Assembly: GCA_049322915.1 (NCBI GenBank)
Contig: JBMOPW010000020.1
Location: 32,001 to 96,000, forward strand
Direction of reading: 5' to 3'
Origin: Candidatus Zhuqueibacterota bacterium
GTDB taxonomy: Bacteria; Zhuqueibacterota; Zhuqueibacteria; Thermofontimicrobiales; Thermofontimicrobiaceae
DNA length: 64,000 nucleotides
The translations under genes and the position numbers were made by a program. Below the pieces are notes generated by a model. It made no database searches. It was not told the origin of the DNA and worked only from the letters and a program-made list of their open reading frames with translations. Shown here piece by piece: positions 39,510 to 49,555 of this stretch (its first letter is position 1; every line of letters starts with the position of its first letter).

Positions 39510-39789
39510 TCAAAGCATCAACCTGCCGCTCCCCGCCTCGCTCGCCTGCGCCAGCTCGCACCGCATCTGATTCTCGAATCCCATTTGGGCGGCATATCGT
39601 TCTTTTGCGGCATTCACCGGATCGTCGATCATGTAAACGGCTTTTATTTCGAACAAAGTCCAGTTGACCGAGTTGTCCGGTACCAGGAAGTCGGGGAACT
39701 ATTTGTGAAAATTATGACTGGTTGGATCAATATAGTTGACGAAGAAATCTGACTGTCTGCAGGTGAATAATGGTAAGATAGAGCTTCGG
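39510..39789 (-). pseudogene. Decayed 3' end of Res-like PD-(D/E)XK nuclease (remnant 2)
   Basis: QSDFFVNYIDPTSHNFHK*FPDFLVPDNSVNWTLFEIKAVYMIDDPVNAAKERYAAQMGFENQMRC..*. Confidence 0.7.
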
Positions 39790-40020
39790 TTACAATAATT
39801 CTTTAAATTCTTCCAGTGTCACTCCTATATCACTTATAATCCCCTTCAATGTTTTTGGTTTAATATCCTTTCCTGAATGAATGGGTATAACCACTCTAAA
39901 TTTTTTTTCTGGATGAATATAAACGGCATGGCTGCCAGATTGCCGATCAAATTTAAAACCAAGCTGCTTTACAACTTTAATAACATCCCTCGAATTCAAA
40001 ATAGGCAAGCCTGGGCTCAT
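39790..40020 (-). CDS. hicA: HicA family mRNA interferase toxin
   Basis: GF.FDRQSGSH, VVIPIH, KTLKGII. Confidence 0.9.
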   Translation of the reverse strand: MSPGLPILNSRDVIKVVKQLGFKFDRQSGSHAVYIHPEKKFRVVIPIHSGKDIKPKTLKGIISDIGVTLEEFKELL

Positions 40021-40241
40021 ATAGCAATCCTTAGCGACTTGATCAGAATGTCTTCTTCAGGTACGTTTTCATTGTGGGCGATCATACTTTCCAGGTATAA
40101 TTTGATCGCATCCTGAATGTTATTGAGAGCTTCATCATAGGTATCCCCTTGTGAGTGACATCCCTTCAGCGCAGGGCAAAATACGTGATACCCTCCGTCA
40201 TCCTCTCGTTCAAAGATGATTGTATAATTGAACATTTTCAT
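40017..40241 (-). CDS. hicB: Short HicB family antitoxin
   Basis: GGYHVFCPALKGCHSQGDTYDEAL.NI.DAI; overlaps hicA by 4 nt. Confidence 0.9.
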   Translation of the reverse strand: MKMFNYTIIFEREDDGGYHVFCPALKGCHSQGDTYDEALNNIQDAIKLYLESMIAHNENVPEEDILIKSLRIAI

Positions 40242-40454
40242 TTTCAGGCTCCCAGGTTAAACAGCAATAAATTGATTACCTGTCATCGCAGTGCTTTGAG
40301 TTGCCAGATTTTTGCCTTCTAAATTAACGAATGAAAAGTAGAAAATCAAGTGCTTTTTGCAATCTTCATTCCGGGATCGGTGTCCTCTGGACGCTCTAAA
40401 TCATCATGTCACAGAAGAATTGAATATGAATTAACTCCACATCTCCAATTAATT

Positions 40455-40775
40455 TCACCTCAAAATCCGCCCCATCCCCTCCTCGCTCGCCTTCACCATC
40501 ACGCATCGCATCTGGTTCTCAAAGCCCATTTGCGTGGCATATCGTTCTTTGGCAGCATTCACTGGATCGTCGATCATGCAATCTGCTTTGATCTCGAACA
40601 AAGTCCAATTGCCCGAGTTGTCCTGAACCAGGAAATCGGGCTAATATTTACGCACGGTATGGCTGACCGGATCGATTTAACTGATGAAAAACTCCGATTC
40701 GCCGTGGGTGAACATGCCTGTGAAGTATAGTTTATTCACATTTCCTCGTTTTAATAGATCGAGAAAGAATTTCTT
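40455..40775 (-). pseudogene. Decayed 3' end of Res-like PD-(D/E)XK nuclease (remnant 1)
   Basis: Identical to 4610-4849, then ATQMGFENQMRCVMVKASEEGMGRILR*. Confidence 0.7.
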
Positions 40776-42050
40776 TTATTGATTTTATTTCTTGTCAAAC
40801 CTGATACTCAAACTGCTGAACCAATGTATTAAAGCTCATATTGATCTGGACTGCATCGTGGGGCAGTAACACATATTTCCAGGGTTTTCCATGATGCTTT
40901 TGGGTGAAGTTCGTCGCATGGGTACAATAAAGTACGGCAGCCAATGACTTTTCCTGGACTTCTCTGCTTTCTATGTCCTTTTCTTTTTTAGTTTCGATGA
41001 GATAAAGTGAATCATTTGTCTCCGCAACAAAATCCGGGCAATAGCGTTGCGAATTATGATTGTAATAGATATTGAATTGATTCACTGCCGGACGAAGCCA
41101 CTTGAGTACGTTGGCATTTTGCTCCAAAATGATGGCAAAATCTTTCTCGGTTTTCGAATCGAATTTGTACAAGTCATGACACGCCTTTTTAAAACCACTG
41201 AACACTTTGCTCGGAATGGTATTTGCCGGCGTGATTGTCTCCCGAAAATCATAAATTTTATCAACAGTATATTTTGATAAATTATGCGTTTCGATTCGAG
41301 TGAAGGGCCGAACAATCGGCTCCTGAAAATCTGGCGTCTTGTAATAAAAATGTTCCATGAGCTGCACGTGAATGTATTTGCCAATATCCCGTTTATGATA
41401 CAAAATGACGTTGGCGATTTTATCTTCTTCCAGATAGCCGCGGAATTTTTCTACTGCCTGGTGCGCCAGCTTAAAAAGCAATTCAGCGTGCGCATCATAA
41501 TCAATTTCAGCATGGTTCATCAGTTCGGAAACGATTATATTTTCAAGACTGCTGTAACGGATTCGCCGGTCTGAGGACTCGACATACTCAATTTCTCCAT
41601 TACGCAACGTTTGTATGATAATTTCCTCTGATCCGGGTTGGTAGTTCAAATTCTGCACATCCAGATCAAAATCGTAAAAACCGGAATCAACCTGCTCGGA
41701 CTGCATAATGGTGATGCGCGGGATTTCGATGATGTGCCGCGCGAATTCTTTCGCTATCTCGTCGTAGCTCTGCTCTACCTGTTTGGCAACTTCACCGGAA
41801 AACATATCCCGTTGCACTTGAATTTCGAATTTTGCCTGGATGCGCTTTACGGCAATAGCTTTGATTTCCGTTTTGGTTAGCTCAGCCACGGAATTAACAT
41901 CGCGGTTAAGTTCGGGCAGGGTTTCAAAAATTATTTTTTTTATCGCAAGCTGTTCCTGCGCGTTCTGCTTTTCACGGACATCTTTGATTTGCTCGATCTT
42001 CTTCTGCTCCTGTTCAAACACGCTCACATATTTAAAGCTCGAAGTCACCA
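40536..42050 (-). repeat. Right arm of ~1.5 kb inverted repeat (partner 3335-4849)
   Basis: Position on this arm = 45385 minus position on the left arm. Confidence 0.95.
40795..42050 (-). pseudogene. res: 5'-truncated second copy of res (C-terminal ~417 aa, frame open)
   Basis: Matches the Res C-terminal half with 4 aa changes (E>A, D>A, S>G, Q>H); lacks the helicase motifs and a convincing start. Confidence 0.9.
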
Positions 42051-42177
42051 AGCTACAAAGTTACACGAAGATGTCATTTTATTCGTTCTTATTTTGTGCA
42101 ATTCATTTTTCTAAACCACGTTCAGCTTTTCTGAATCGATAATTCAGATGCATTTTTTTCTTCGCGACTTTGCGTGA
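42051..42177. repeat. Partial palindromic element, also present at 56196-56506
   Basis: cacgaagatgtcattttattc..tcagcttttctgaatcgataattcag..tttttttcttcgcg shared between the two loci. Confidence 0.8.
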
Positions 42178-42370
42178 TAGATGGACTTTGGAGCCGTTCC
42201 TGAAGAAGAAGGAACAATTCGAAAAACCGGGCGTGAATTGAACATCTGAAAAAAACGCGTCCGTCGGAAGTCAGGGCGCCCAGGCCGGACAACCAGTTTC
42301 GGCAGCAGCCGAGGCGTTTCATCCGACGAATGTCCGGGATCATCCAACGAAAAAAATCTGGAGAACCACA

Positions 42371-43360
42371 ATGCACCCATTCATCCGAAACACCATACTG
42401 AACCTGATCCTTGTGAGCGTCATCTTTGGCGTCATGCCGGCGCTGGCGGTCGGGACGCTGCAGCAGGGAATTGACCTGTTCAACGACCGCAAATTCCCGG
42501 AGGCGAAACAGATTTTCGAATCGGTTTTCAAACAGGATCCGCGCAACGCTGCGGCGGCGTTCTACCTCGGCCGCATTTCGCTGGTGCAGGATAATTACGA
42601 GGATTCCATCGACTGGCTGGAAAAGGCCATTGACATTGACGCTGCCAATTCCGATTACCACGTCTGGCTGGGGCATGCCTACGGCGTCAAGGCGCAGCGC
42701 GCCAGTATGTTGAAAAAGGCCGGGGCGGCCAAAAATGTGAAAAAGGAATACGAAAAAGCGGTGGAGCTGAATCCGGACAATGTGCAGGCGCGGTTCGGAT
42801 TGCTGCAATACCACATGATGGCCCCGGGAATCATGGGCGGCGACAAGGACGCGGGTCGCGCCCAGGCAGCGGAAATCCGCAAACGAGACGCGGCGCTGGG
42901 GCATCAGGCGCAGGGGCTGGTCCATGAAATGGATAAGAAACCGGACCTGGCCGAGCAGGAGTATCTGGCCATGGCGGCGGAGCATCCGGACAGCCTGCAA
43001 TTTCAGTACCAGTTGGGAGCTTTCTACAAGCGAACTAAAAGCTACGCCAAAGCCATCGGCGTGTATGAGAAGATCATCGCCCGGAAGTCGGACGAATACG
43101 TGGCCTATTTTCAGATCGGCCAGGTCTGCGCCGAGAGCGGGGAAAATTTGCAGTCCGGCGAGCTGATGATGAAGAAATATTTTGAAGCGGCGCCAGCCGA
43201 CGCCGGCGTGCGAATGGGCTATGGCCATTATGTGCTCGGTCTGATTTATCAAAAAGGAGGCAGGCAAGACCAGGCGCGGGCTGAGTTCACCCAGGCGCTG
43301 CAATTGAATCCGAATTTGAAAAGAGCCAAAGAGGCGCTGGATGAATTGAATAAGCAATGA
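42371..43360 (+). CDS. Exported TPR-repeat protein
   Basis: Signal peptide; repeated A.F.LG..Y..A....KA...P units. Confidence 0.85.
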   Translation: MHPFIRNTILNLILVSVIFGVMPALAVGTLQQGIDLFNDRKFPEAKQIFESVFKQDPRNAAAAFYLGRISLVQDNYEDSIDWLEKAIDIDAANSDYHVWLGHAYGVKAQRASMLKKAGAAKNVKKEYEKAVELNPDNVQARFGLLQYHMMAPGIMGGDKDAGRAQAAEIRKRDAALGHQAQGLVHEMDKKPDLAEQEYLAMAAEHPDSLQFQYQLGAFYKRTKSYAKAIGVYEKIIARKSDEYVAYFQIGQVCAESGENLQSGELMMKKYFEAAPADAGVRMGYGHYVLGLIYQKGGRQDQARAEFTQALQLNPNLKRAKEALDELNKQ

Positions 43361-43512
43361 AGCAGGCGAGGCGCGCCAACCGATCGTTCGGAATGTTCAT
43401 CCTGAACGACGCCCTCTTCGGGAACATACGTTCCAATCCATTTTCCGCGCTGGATAAATATCCAGCGCGATCGTGTGGCTATCTGACAATGAAAGGTGAT
43501 ACAAGTTCAACC

Positions 43513-45849
43513 ATGGTGTTAAAAAAAAATCTCCGGTTCGCTCTGTTCGTTCTCTTTCTCATCTTCCCATTCATTGCCCGCGGGCAAAATGCTTCCTCGC
43601 TGTACGGGTTTCAGACGCACTTCGGCCAGTTCTATCGTGCGGATATGGATTCCGCGCATCGGGAGCAGATGCTGGATCTGGTGCAGCACGCCGGCTTTGC
43701 CATGATTCGCGACGAATGCTACTGGGCCGAGGTCGAGACGCAGCCGGGCGTTTACGCGTTTCCGGCGGCCATTGATGACTATGTCGACGCAGCCAAACGC
43801 CGCGGGATCGATGTGTTGCTCATTCTCAATTACAACAATCCGCTCTATGCCGCCCACGCCGGTTCGGCCGTGACGTCCGATTCCAATCGCGCCGCTTTTG
43901 CCCGTTATTGCCGGCAGGCAGTGCAGCGGTATCGCCTGCGGGGCGTGACCCATTACGAAATCTGGAACGAGCCCAATAATCCGCAGTTCTGGGATCCGCA
44001 GCCGGACGCTGCCGACTATGCCGCGCTGTTGCATGTCGTGTATCCGGCCATCAAAGCCGTGGATTCGACGGTGACGGTCATTGCCGGGGCCATGTCTCCG
44101 GCCGAGGGGAATCCGCCGCCGTACATCGATTGGCTCACGTTCATTTCGCGGGTGTATCAGCATGGCGGCGCTGAATTTCTGGACGCGGTCTCCTTCCACT
44201 ACTACAGCGTGGACGTCGCGCCGGAGTCCAAATTTCTCAATGACGTTCAGAAATTGCAGGCCATTGTCGGCGAGGACACGCCATTCTGGCTCACGGAATT
44301 CGGCTATCCCACGCACAGCGGCTGGCCCAATATTACGGTGCAAAAACAGGCGAACTACGCCGCCCGTCTGTTTTTACTGGGCAAATCGGTGAAGTCCCTG
44401 CAGCGCATCTTTTTCTACGATTTGAAAAATGACGGGGAGAATCCCGCGGATGCGGAACACAATTTTGGCGCGCTGAATTTTGACATGACGCCCAAGCCGG
44501 CCTATCACGCGCTGAAGGGACTGGCGACCACTGTCGCGGACCTGCCGGCGGAGTCATTGGAGTTCGGGAATAATGTCTATCGCGCCTATTTCGCCAGTGA
44601 TTCGGCCTGGGTGACAGCGGCCTGGCGGGCCGCCGGGGAATCGGAAGAGACTGTTCCAATTCCTGGTTCGGAGTACGGGCTGATCGACCGCGATGGCGCG
44701 CGGGTGGGCTACGGAATCACGAATCAAAATCAGGTGACGCTGCGGCTATCGGAACAACCGCAGTACCTGACGTCTCTGCCAGCCGCACCGGCGCTGGTCG
44801 CGCTTCAGGTGCTGCCGGAGAAAGCCATTTTGTTCCCGGGGCAAACTGCGCCGCTGGTCATCACAGCAACTGCTGCGGACGGGCTGCCTGTTTCATTTTC
44901 AGAGTCCGTGGTCAATGTCAGACTGGAAGGCGATGGCGGCCGGCTCGATGGCGAGGCGTTTCTCGCTGAAGCGCCGGGTCGTGCCAAAATCATCGCCGAC
45001 TATCGCGGATTGGCCGATACCGCCATCGTCGATGTGGTGCCGCCGGGGAATATTCGGATGGACGATTTTTCGGACCTCACCGGCTGGCAGGTGGATGTGA
45101 TGAATCTGGACAGCAGCGGGACGTTCATCCGGCGCTGCGACTCGCTCGCTTCTGAGGGCGGTTCCAGCGCCAGGCTGGCGTATCGATTCGTGTACAAATC
45201 CGGCATTCACAAGAGCAAATACCAGGTCCACTTGTTGCATCGCATTCCTGTGCCCGGCGCGCCGGACACGCTGCTCATTGATGTCCGCGGCAATGGTCAG
45301 CCCATTCGGTTCGAGTTTTATTTTGAAAATATCCGCGGCGACGAGATCAAAGAATCTGCATTTGACCAGCCGGCAACCTGGCAGGATGAATGGCGGCCGG
45401 TGAAAATTCTGGCGCAGAAATTTATCGGCAAGATTGAATTTCCCATCTTCCTCAGTAAAATCGTCGTCTACATTGTGCAGGATGGCGCGGTCAATGACAG
45501 CACCTATCACGGCGAGATCTTTCTGGATAATCTCCGCGTCTCCCTGGAGGGCGCTGCTGCTGCGCCGGCGTCGCTGCCGGAATCGCTGAAATTTCAACTC
45601 CACCAGAATTATCCCAATCCGTTCAATCCCAATACCACGGTCCGCTATTCGGTCGCCAGCGACTCCCACGTGACCCTGTCGATTTTGAATCTGTTGGGAC
45701 AGCGCGTGTGCACGCTGGTCGATGACTGGCGCGCGGCAGGGGAATATCAGGTTCAGTTCGATGCTGCGGCATTCGCTGCCGGCATGTATGTGTACAGGCT
45801 GGACGCCGGCGAGCTGCGGCAGATCAGAAAAATGATCATTTTAAAATAA
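43513..45849 (+). CDS. Secreted clan GH-A glycoside hydrolase with Ig/CBM-like and C-terminal sorting domains
   Basis: YEIWNEPN acid/base, WLTEFG nucleophile, HQNYPNPFNP..RKMIILK; signal peptide from ATG 43513. Confidence 0.82.
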   Translation: MVLKKNLRFALFVLFLIFPFIARGQNASSLYGFQTHFGQFYRADMDSAHREQMLDLVQHAGFAMIRDECYWAEVETQPGVYAFPAAIDDYVDAAKRRGIDVLLILNYNNPLYAAHAGSAVTSDSNRAAFARYCRQAVQRYRLRGVTHYEIWNEPNNPQFWDPQPDAADYAALLHVVYPAIKAVDSTVTVIAGAMSPAEGNPPPYIDWLTFISRVYQHGGAEFLDAVSFHYYSVDVAPESKFLNDVQKLQAIVGEDTPFWLTEFGYPTHSGWPNITVQKQANYAARLFLLGKSVKSLQRIFFYDLKNDGENPADAEHNFGALNFDMTPKPAYHALKGLATTVADLPAESLEFGNNVYRAYFASDSAWVTAAWRAAGESEETVPIPGSEYGLIDRDGARVGYGITNQNQVTLRLSEQPQYLTSLPAAPALVALQVLPEKAILFPGQTAPLVITATAADGLPVSFSESVVNVRLEGDGGRLDGEAFLAEAPGRAKIIADYRGLADTAIVDVVPPGNIRMDDFSDLTGWQVDVMNLDSSGTFIRRCDSLASEGGSSARLAYRFVYKSGIHKSKYQVHLLHRIPVPGAPDTLLIDVRGNGQPIRFEFYFENIRGDEIKESAFDQPATWQDEWRPVKILAQKFIGKIEFPIFLSKIVVYIVQDGAVNDSTYHGEIFLDNLRVSLEGAAAAPASLPESLKFQLHQNYPNPFNPNTTVRYSVASDSHVTLSILNLLGQRVCTLVDDWRAAGEYQVQFDAAAFAAGMYVYRLDAGELRQIRKMIILK

Positions 45850-45853
45850 TGGA

Positions 45854-46855
45854 ATGAATGAACAGAGCGAGTCGACAATGGCTGAAGAATTATTGAGCGT
45901 GCGAAATTTAAAGACCTATTTCTACACATCCGACGGCATAGCGCGCGCGGTGGATGACGTGAGCTGGAGCGTGAATGCCGGGGAGACCATCGGGCTGGTG
46001 GGCGAATCCGGGTGCGGCAAAAGCGTGACCGCGCTCTCGGTGCTGCGGCTGATCCCGGAGCCGCCGGGTCGAATCGAGTCCGGGGAAATCGTATTCCGCG
46101 GGAAGAATTTACTCGACCTTCCCCTGGAGGAAATGCGGAAAATCCGCGGCAACGAAATCTCCATGATCTTTCAGGAGCCGATGACCTCGCTGAATCCGGT
46201 GTTCACCATCGGCGCGCAAATCATGGAAGTGATTCAATTGCATCAGGGATTGAAGAAGAAAGACGCGCGGGACAAGGCAATCGACATGCTGCGGCGGGTG
46301 GGCATTCCCTCGCCGGAGCGCCGCGTGTCCGAGTATCCCCACGAATTGAGCGGCGGCATGAAACAGCGCGCCATGATCGCCATGGCCCTCTCGTGCAATC
46401 CCAGCGTCCTCATTGCCGATGAACCGACCACGGCGCTGGACGTCACCATTCAGGCCCAGATTCTCGATTTGATGCTCAAAATGAAGGAGGAATTCGGCAC
46501 GGCCATTGTCCTGATTACGCACGATCTGGGCGTTGTGGCAGAGACCGTCCAGAAAGTGGTGGTGATGTACGCCGGGAAAGTGGTGGAGGAAGGCTCGGTG
46601 GAGGTCATTTTTGAACGACCCAAACACCCGTACACTCAGGGGCTGCTGAACTCCCTGCCCAAACTTGATGTTGTGGCGAACCGCAAACAGCGATTGAATA
46701 CCATCCCCGGCATGGTGCCCAGCCTGTACGATTTGCCGCGGGGCTGCAATTTCTCGCCGCGGTGCAGCCAAGCCGTGGATGTCTGCCGCGAATCCCGGCC
46801 TGAATTGCGCGAGATCGAAGCCGGCCATACGGTTCGCTGCTGGCTAGCGGAATAA
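45854..46855 (+). CDS. oppD: Oligo/dipeptide ABC ATPase (OppD/DppD type)
   Basis: [31 protein letters not shown], Cys-containing C-terminal domain. Confidence 0.92.
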   Translation: MNEQSESTMAEELLSVRNLKTYFYTSDGIARAVDDVSWSVNAGETIGLVGESGCGKSVTALSVLRLIPEPPGRIESGEIVFRGKNLLDLPLEEMRKIRGNEISMIFQEPMTSLNPVFTIGAQIMEVIQLHQGLKKKDARDKAIDMLRRVGIPSPERRVSEYPHELSGGMKQRAMIAMALSCNPSVLIADEPTTALDVTIQAQILDLMLKMKEEFGTAIVLITHDLGVVAETVQKVVVMYAGKVVEEGSVEVIFERPKHPYTQGLLNSLPKLDVVANRKQRLNTIPGMVPSLYDLPRGCNFSPRCSQAVDVCRESRPELREIEAGHTVRCWLAE

Positions 46856-46957
46856 TTCCGGCCAGGTATGGGCGTTCCGGCGAAACAGAGTATGAATGTG
46901 GCAATTGTCCCGGATCGTCGCCGGGAGTTGGCCGGATTCGAATCAAATGGAGGCGTC

Positions 46958-47377
46958 ATGAAAATTTACTTTTCCGGGTCCATCAGCGGTGGACGGAATT
47001 TTTTGCACAGCTACAAGGAGATTGTCCGGCATCTGAAACAGACCGGTCACGAGGTCCTGTCGGAGCACATTGTGCTGGATAGCGTGTTGGATTCCGAGAA
47101 CCGGCTCTCGCCGCAGCAGATTTACGAGCGCGACATCGATTTCCTCAACAACTGCGACGCCGTCATTGCCGAAGTATCCAATCCCTCGCTGGGCGTTGGC
47201 TACGAGCTCTGCTACGCAGTGGATCATGATATTCCGGCGTTGTGTCTTTACCAGCCCGGCATTTTTGTCAGCCGCATGATCATCGGCAATACTTCGCCCC
47301 GATTCGCCACGATTGAATACAGCAATGAGGACGAGCTGTACGCTGCTATCGATACATTTCTGCGCGAGCAACAGTAG
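46958..47377 (+). CDS. Nucleoside 2-deoxyribosyltransferase / DNPH1(Rcl)-like N-glycosidase
   Basis: MKIYFSGSISGGR, IYERDI, AEVSNPSLGVGYE. Confidence 0.85.
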   Translation: MKIYFSGSISGGRNFLHSYKEIVRHLKQTGHEVLSEHIVLDSVLDSENRLSPQQIYERDIDFLNNCDAVIAEVSNPSLGVGYELCYAVDHDIPALCLYQPGIFVSRMIIGNTSPRFATIEYSNEDELYAAIDTFLREQQ

Positions 47378-47493
47378 CGCCCTTCCTGACGCATGAAAAT
47401 TTACCTCTCCGAGCACACGATTTTTTCAAAGTCTGTGTCTAATGAATAAGTGGAAAGACCTGATATTGAACCGCGATTAGCATCGAGGGATAT

Positions 47494-48069
47494 TTGCAGG
47501 AACACGAACTGGTCAAAAACATACAGGCAGGAGATATTCGCGCCTTCAAAATGCTGTTCGAAAATTACCATTCGAATGTGTTCAACCTTTGCCTGAAACT
47601 GGTGGGCAATCGCGTCGAAGCCGAAGACTTGTGCCAGGATATTTTCATCAAAATTTACCAGTCCATCGATAATTTCGAGTTCAAGGCGAAGTTATCCACG
47701 TGGATTTACCGCATTGCGGTGAACGTGTGCCTGAACCATCAGCGAAGCAAGAAGCGCGTGCAATTCCTGCGGCTCGACCATAGGGGATCGGAGCGCTGCA
47801 CCGACGTGTTCGACCTGCTCGTGAATCCGCCGGGCGAGCAACCGGACGTCTCCCTGGAGCAGAAGGAAAAGGAGAAAATCGTCTGGGACGCGATTCACTC
47901 GCTCCCGGAGAGTCAGCGGCTGGTGCTGATTTTACAGCGGTATGAGGGGCTGTCGTGCGAACAGATGGCGCAGGTGCTCCGGTCGTCGGTCTCGTCGGTG
48001 CAGTCGCGGCTGTTCCGGGCCAAGGAGAATTTGGCAAAAAAATTATTACCCTATCTGGATAAAATTTGA
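47494..48069 (+). CDS. ECF sigma-70 factor, paralog of 27501
   Basis: EAEDLCQDIF, WIYRIAVN, VQSRLFRAKENL. Confidence 0.9.
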   Translation: MQEHELVKNIQAGDIRAFKMLFENYHSNVFNLCLKLVGNRVEAEDLCQDIFIKIYQSIDNFEFKAKLSTWIYRIAVNVCLNHQRSKKRVQFLRLDHRGSERCTDVFDLLVNPPGEQPDVSLEQKEKEKIVWDAIHSLPESQRLVLILQRYEGLSCEQMAQVLRSSVSSVQSRLFRAKENLAKKLLPYLDKI

Positions 48070-48076
48070 AAATGTC

Positions 48077-48105
48077 CGCATGTTTTAGAACGCAGGTGTG
48101 TCTAA
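48077..48105 (+). promoter_or_regulatory. Candidate ECF promoter CGCATG-17-GTCTAA
   Basis: Same position relative to the sigma gene stop as 28066-28094. Confidence 0.6.
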
Positions 48106-48128
48106 TTCATGAGAGGAGTTGAAAGACA

Positions 48129-48623
48129 ATGAAATGCAACGTTGTTCAAACCAGGCTGCTGCGGTTTCTGGATGGTGAATTGTCTGAATCGGAGCAGCGC
48201 GCCATCACACAGCATGTCCGGAACTGCGAGCAGTGTTCCGCTAGATTGGACAAGTTGACCGGGGTGTGGCGCAGTCAATGCCCGCTTCGCGCCGTCGAAG
48301 CGGATCAATTTGCCTGGCAAAAGCTGTACATCAGAATTTCCGCGCTCGAAGAGCCCCAACCGCGCGGCCGCCTTCATCAGCGATTGGTGAATCTGGCCCT
48401 GGCCGGCGGGCTGGCCATGCTCTTTCTGCTGGGCGTCGTGACCGGCATTTATCTCGGAACAGACCCGCAGTTGGTCTCGGAGCTTTCCATCGCTGAAGCG
48501 ACGGCCGAAGAGCAGTTCGTCAGCATGGTTCACATCGACAGTTTTCAGGATGCGCCGCCGGGATCATTGGGGAGTTTTTACATGGCGGTTTCGACGGATG
48601 ACCAATGGCGAGGTGCGCGATGA
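48129..48623 (+). CDS. zf-HC2 anti-sigma factor
   Basis: HVRNCEQC, one TM helix, PPGS tail shared with 28219. Confidence 0.85.
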   Translation: MKCNVVQTRLLRFLDGELSESEQRAITQHVRNCEQCSARLDKLTGVWRSQCPLRAVEADQFAWQKLYIRISALEEPQPRGRLHQRLVNLALAGGLAMLFLLGVVTGIYLGTDPQLVSELSIAEATAEEQFVSMVHIDSFQDAPPGSLGSFYMAVSTDDQWRGAR

Positions 48624-49156
48624 AAAAAGTATGGCTCATCGCATTGATCCTGCTGCTCGTCATTAATCTGTCTGCGTTTGTAACCATGACTTACAACCGG
48701 TTAAATTATCGAAAATGCCAGATGGCCGGCGCCGGAGAAACCGGCGGGATTTACCTGTGTCAGGAATTGTGCCTGAATTCGAATCAGGTGGAAAAGGTCA
48801 AAACGATTCGTCGGGCGTTTTCGACGCAGTCCGATGAAATCACGTTGCCGCTGCAACAGAGACGCGCGGAATTGGTGCAGTTACTGGCTCAGACGCCGAC
48901 CGACAGCGTCCGCATTTTCGCAGTCGCCGCGACCATCGATTCGCTGCAAGGCGAATTGCACCGGCAGGTGATTCAGTATTTGCTCAAAGAAAAAGAGGTG
49001 TTCTCTCCGGATCAGCAGCAGAAGTTCTTTTCGCTGATCGAGGCGCGGTTGAATTGTCCGGCCGGACACCATTCCAGCCAGCAATTGAATTTGATGGATA
49101 GCTGCGCTGAACAATGTGATACAACGACTAAATGCCCCATAAATAAAACTGAATGA
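48620..49156 (+). CDS. Periplasmic heavy-metal sensor (Spy/CpxP-like) with Cys/His-rich tail
   Basis: Paralog of 28704; LNSNQ and FSPDQ motifs; CPAGHH..C..C..CP tail. Confidence 0.75.
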   Translation: MKKVWLIALILLLVINLSAFVTMTYNRLNYRKCQMAGAGETGGIYLCQELCLNSNQVEKVKTIRRAFSTQSDEITLPLQQRRAELVQLLAQTPTDSVRIFAVAATIDSLQGELHRQVIQYLLKEKEVFSPDQQQKFFSLIEARLNCPAGHHSSQQLNLMDSCAEQCDTTTKCPINKTE

Positions 49157-49173
49157 GAGGAGGTGAAATTCCC

Positions 49174-49530
49174 ATGAAAAAGTACTTCGCGATTGGTATA
49201 CTCGTTCTGACTTTGATCGTCCTGGTTGGATTTGTAGTGCTGAGCAACGGGCCGGATACGGCGGTTTCTCAGACCGAAGAGGTTGCTGTCAAACAAGCTG
49301 ACCAGAAGGCGCCGGATAAATGCGGCGACAATTGTGAAAACTGCCCTGAAAAAGTGGCGGGCGAATGCAAAGGTCACGATGTCGAAGCTGCCGATTGTCC
49401 GGCAAATTGTCCCGGCGACGAAAAATGCACCGAGCACGGCAAAGCCCACGAGAAAGGCTCCAAAGAATGTCAGGACCTGAAAGCGGCCGGTAAATGTCCC
49501 CATAAATGCCCGGGTCATAAAACCGAATAA
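49174..49530 (+). CDS. Small exported or membrane-anchored Cys/His-rich protein
   Basis: GGAGG RBS, N-terminal hydrophobic helix, 10 Cys and 5 His in the last ~70 aa. Confidence 0.75.
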   Translation: MKKYFAIGILVLTLIVLVGFVVLSNGPDTAVSQTEEVAVKQADQKAPDKCGDNCENCPEKVAGECKGHDVEAADCPANCPGDEKCTEHGKAHEKGSKECQDLKAAGKCPHKCPGHKTE

Positions 49531-49555
49531 CCATTTTTGGACAGCGTAACCAAGC

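Noticed and set aside
3335..42050. Diversity-generating retroelement template/variable pair
   Set aside because: No reverse transcriptase; the repeat is 1.5 kb and differences are mostly synonymous and not limited to adenines
42122..46828. Long minus-strand ORFs 42122-43357, 43519-44343, 44899-45669, 46109-46828
   Set aside because: Antisense shadows of the TPR, glycoside hydrolase and oppD genes
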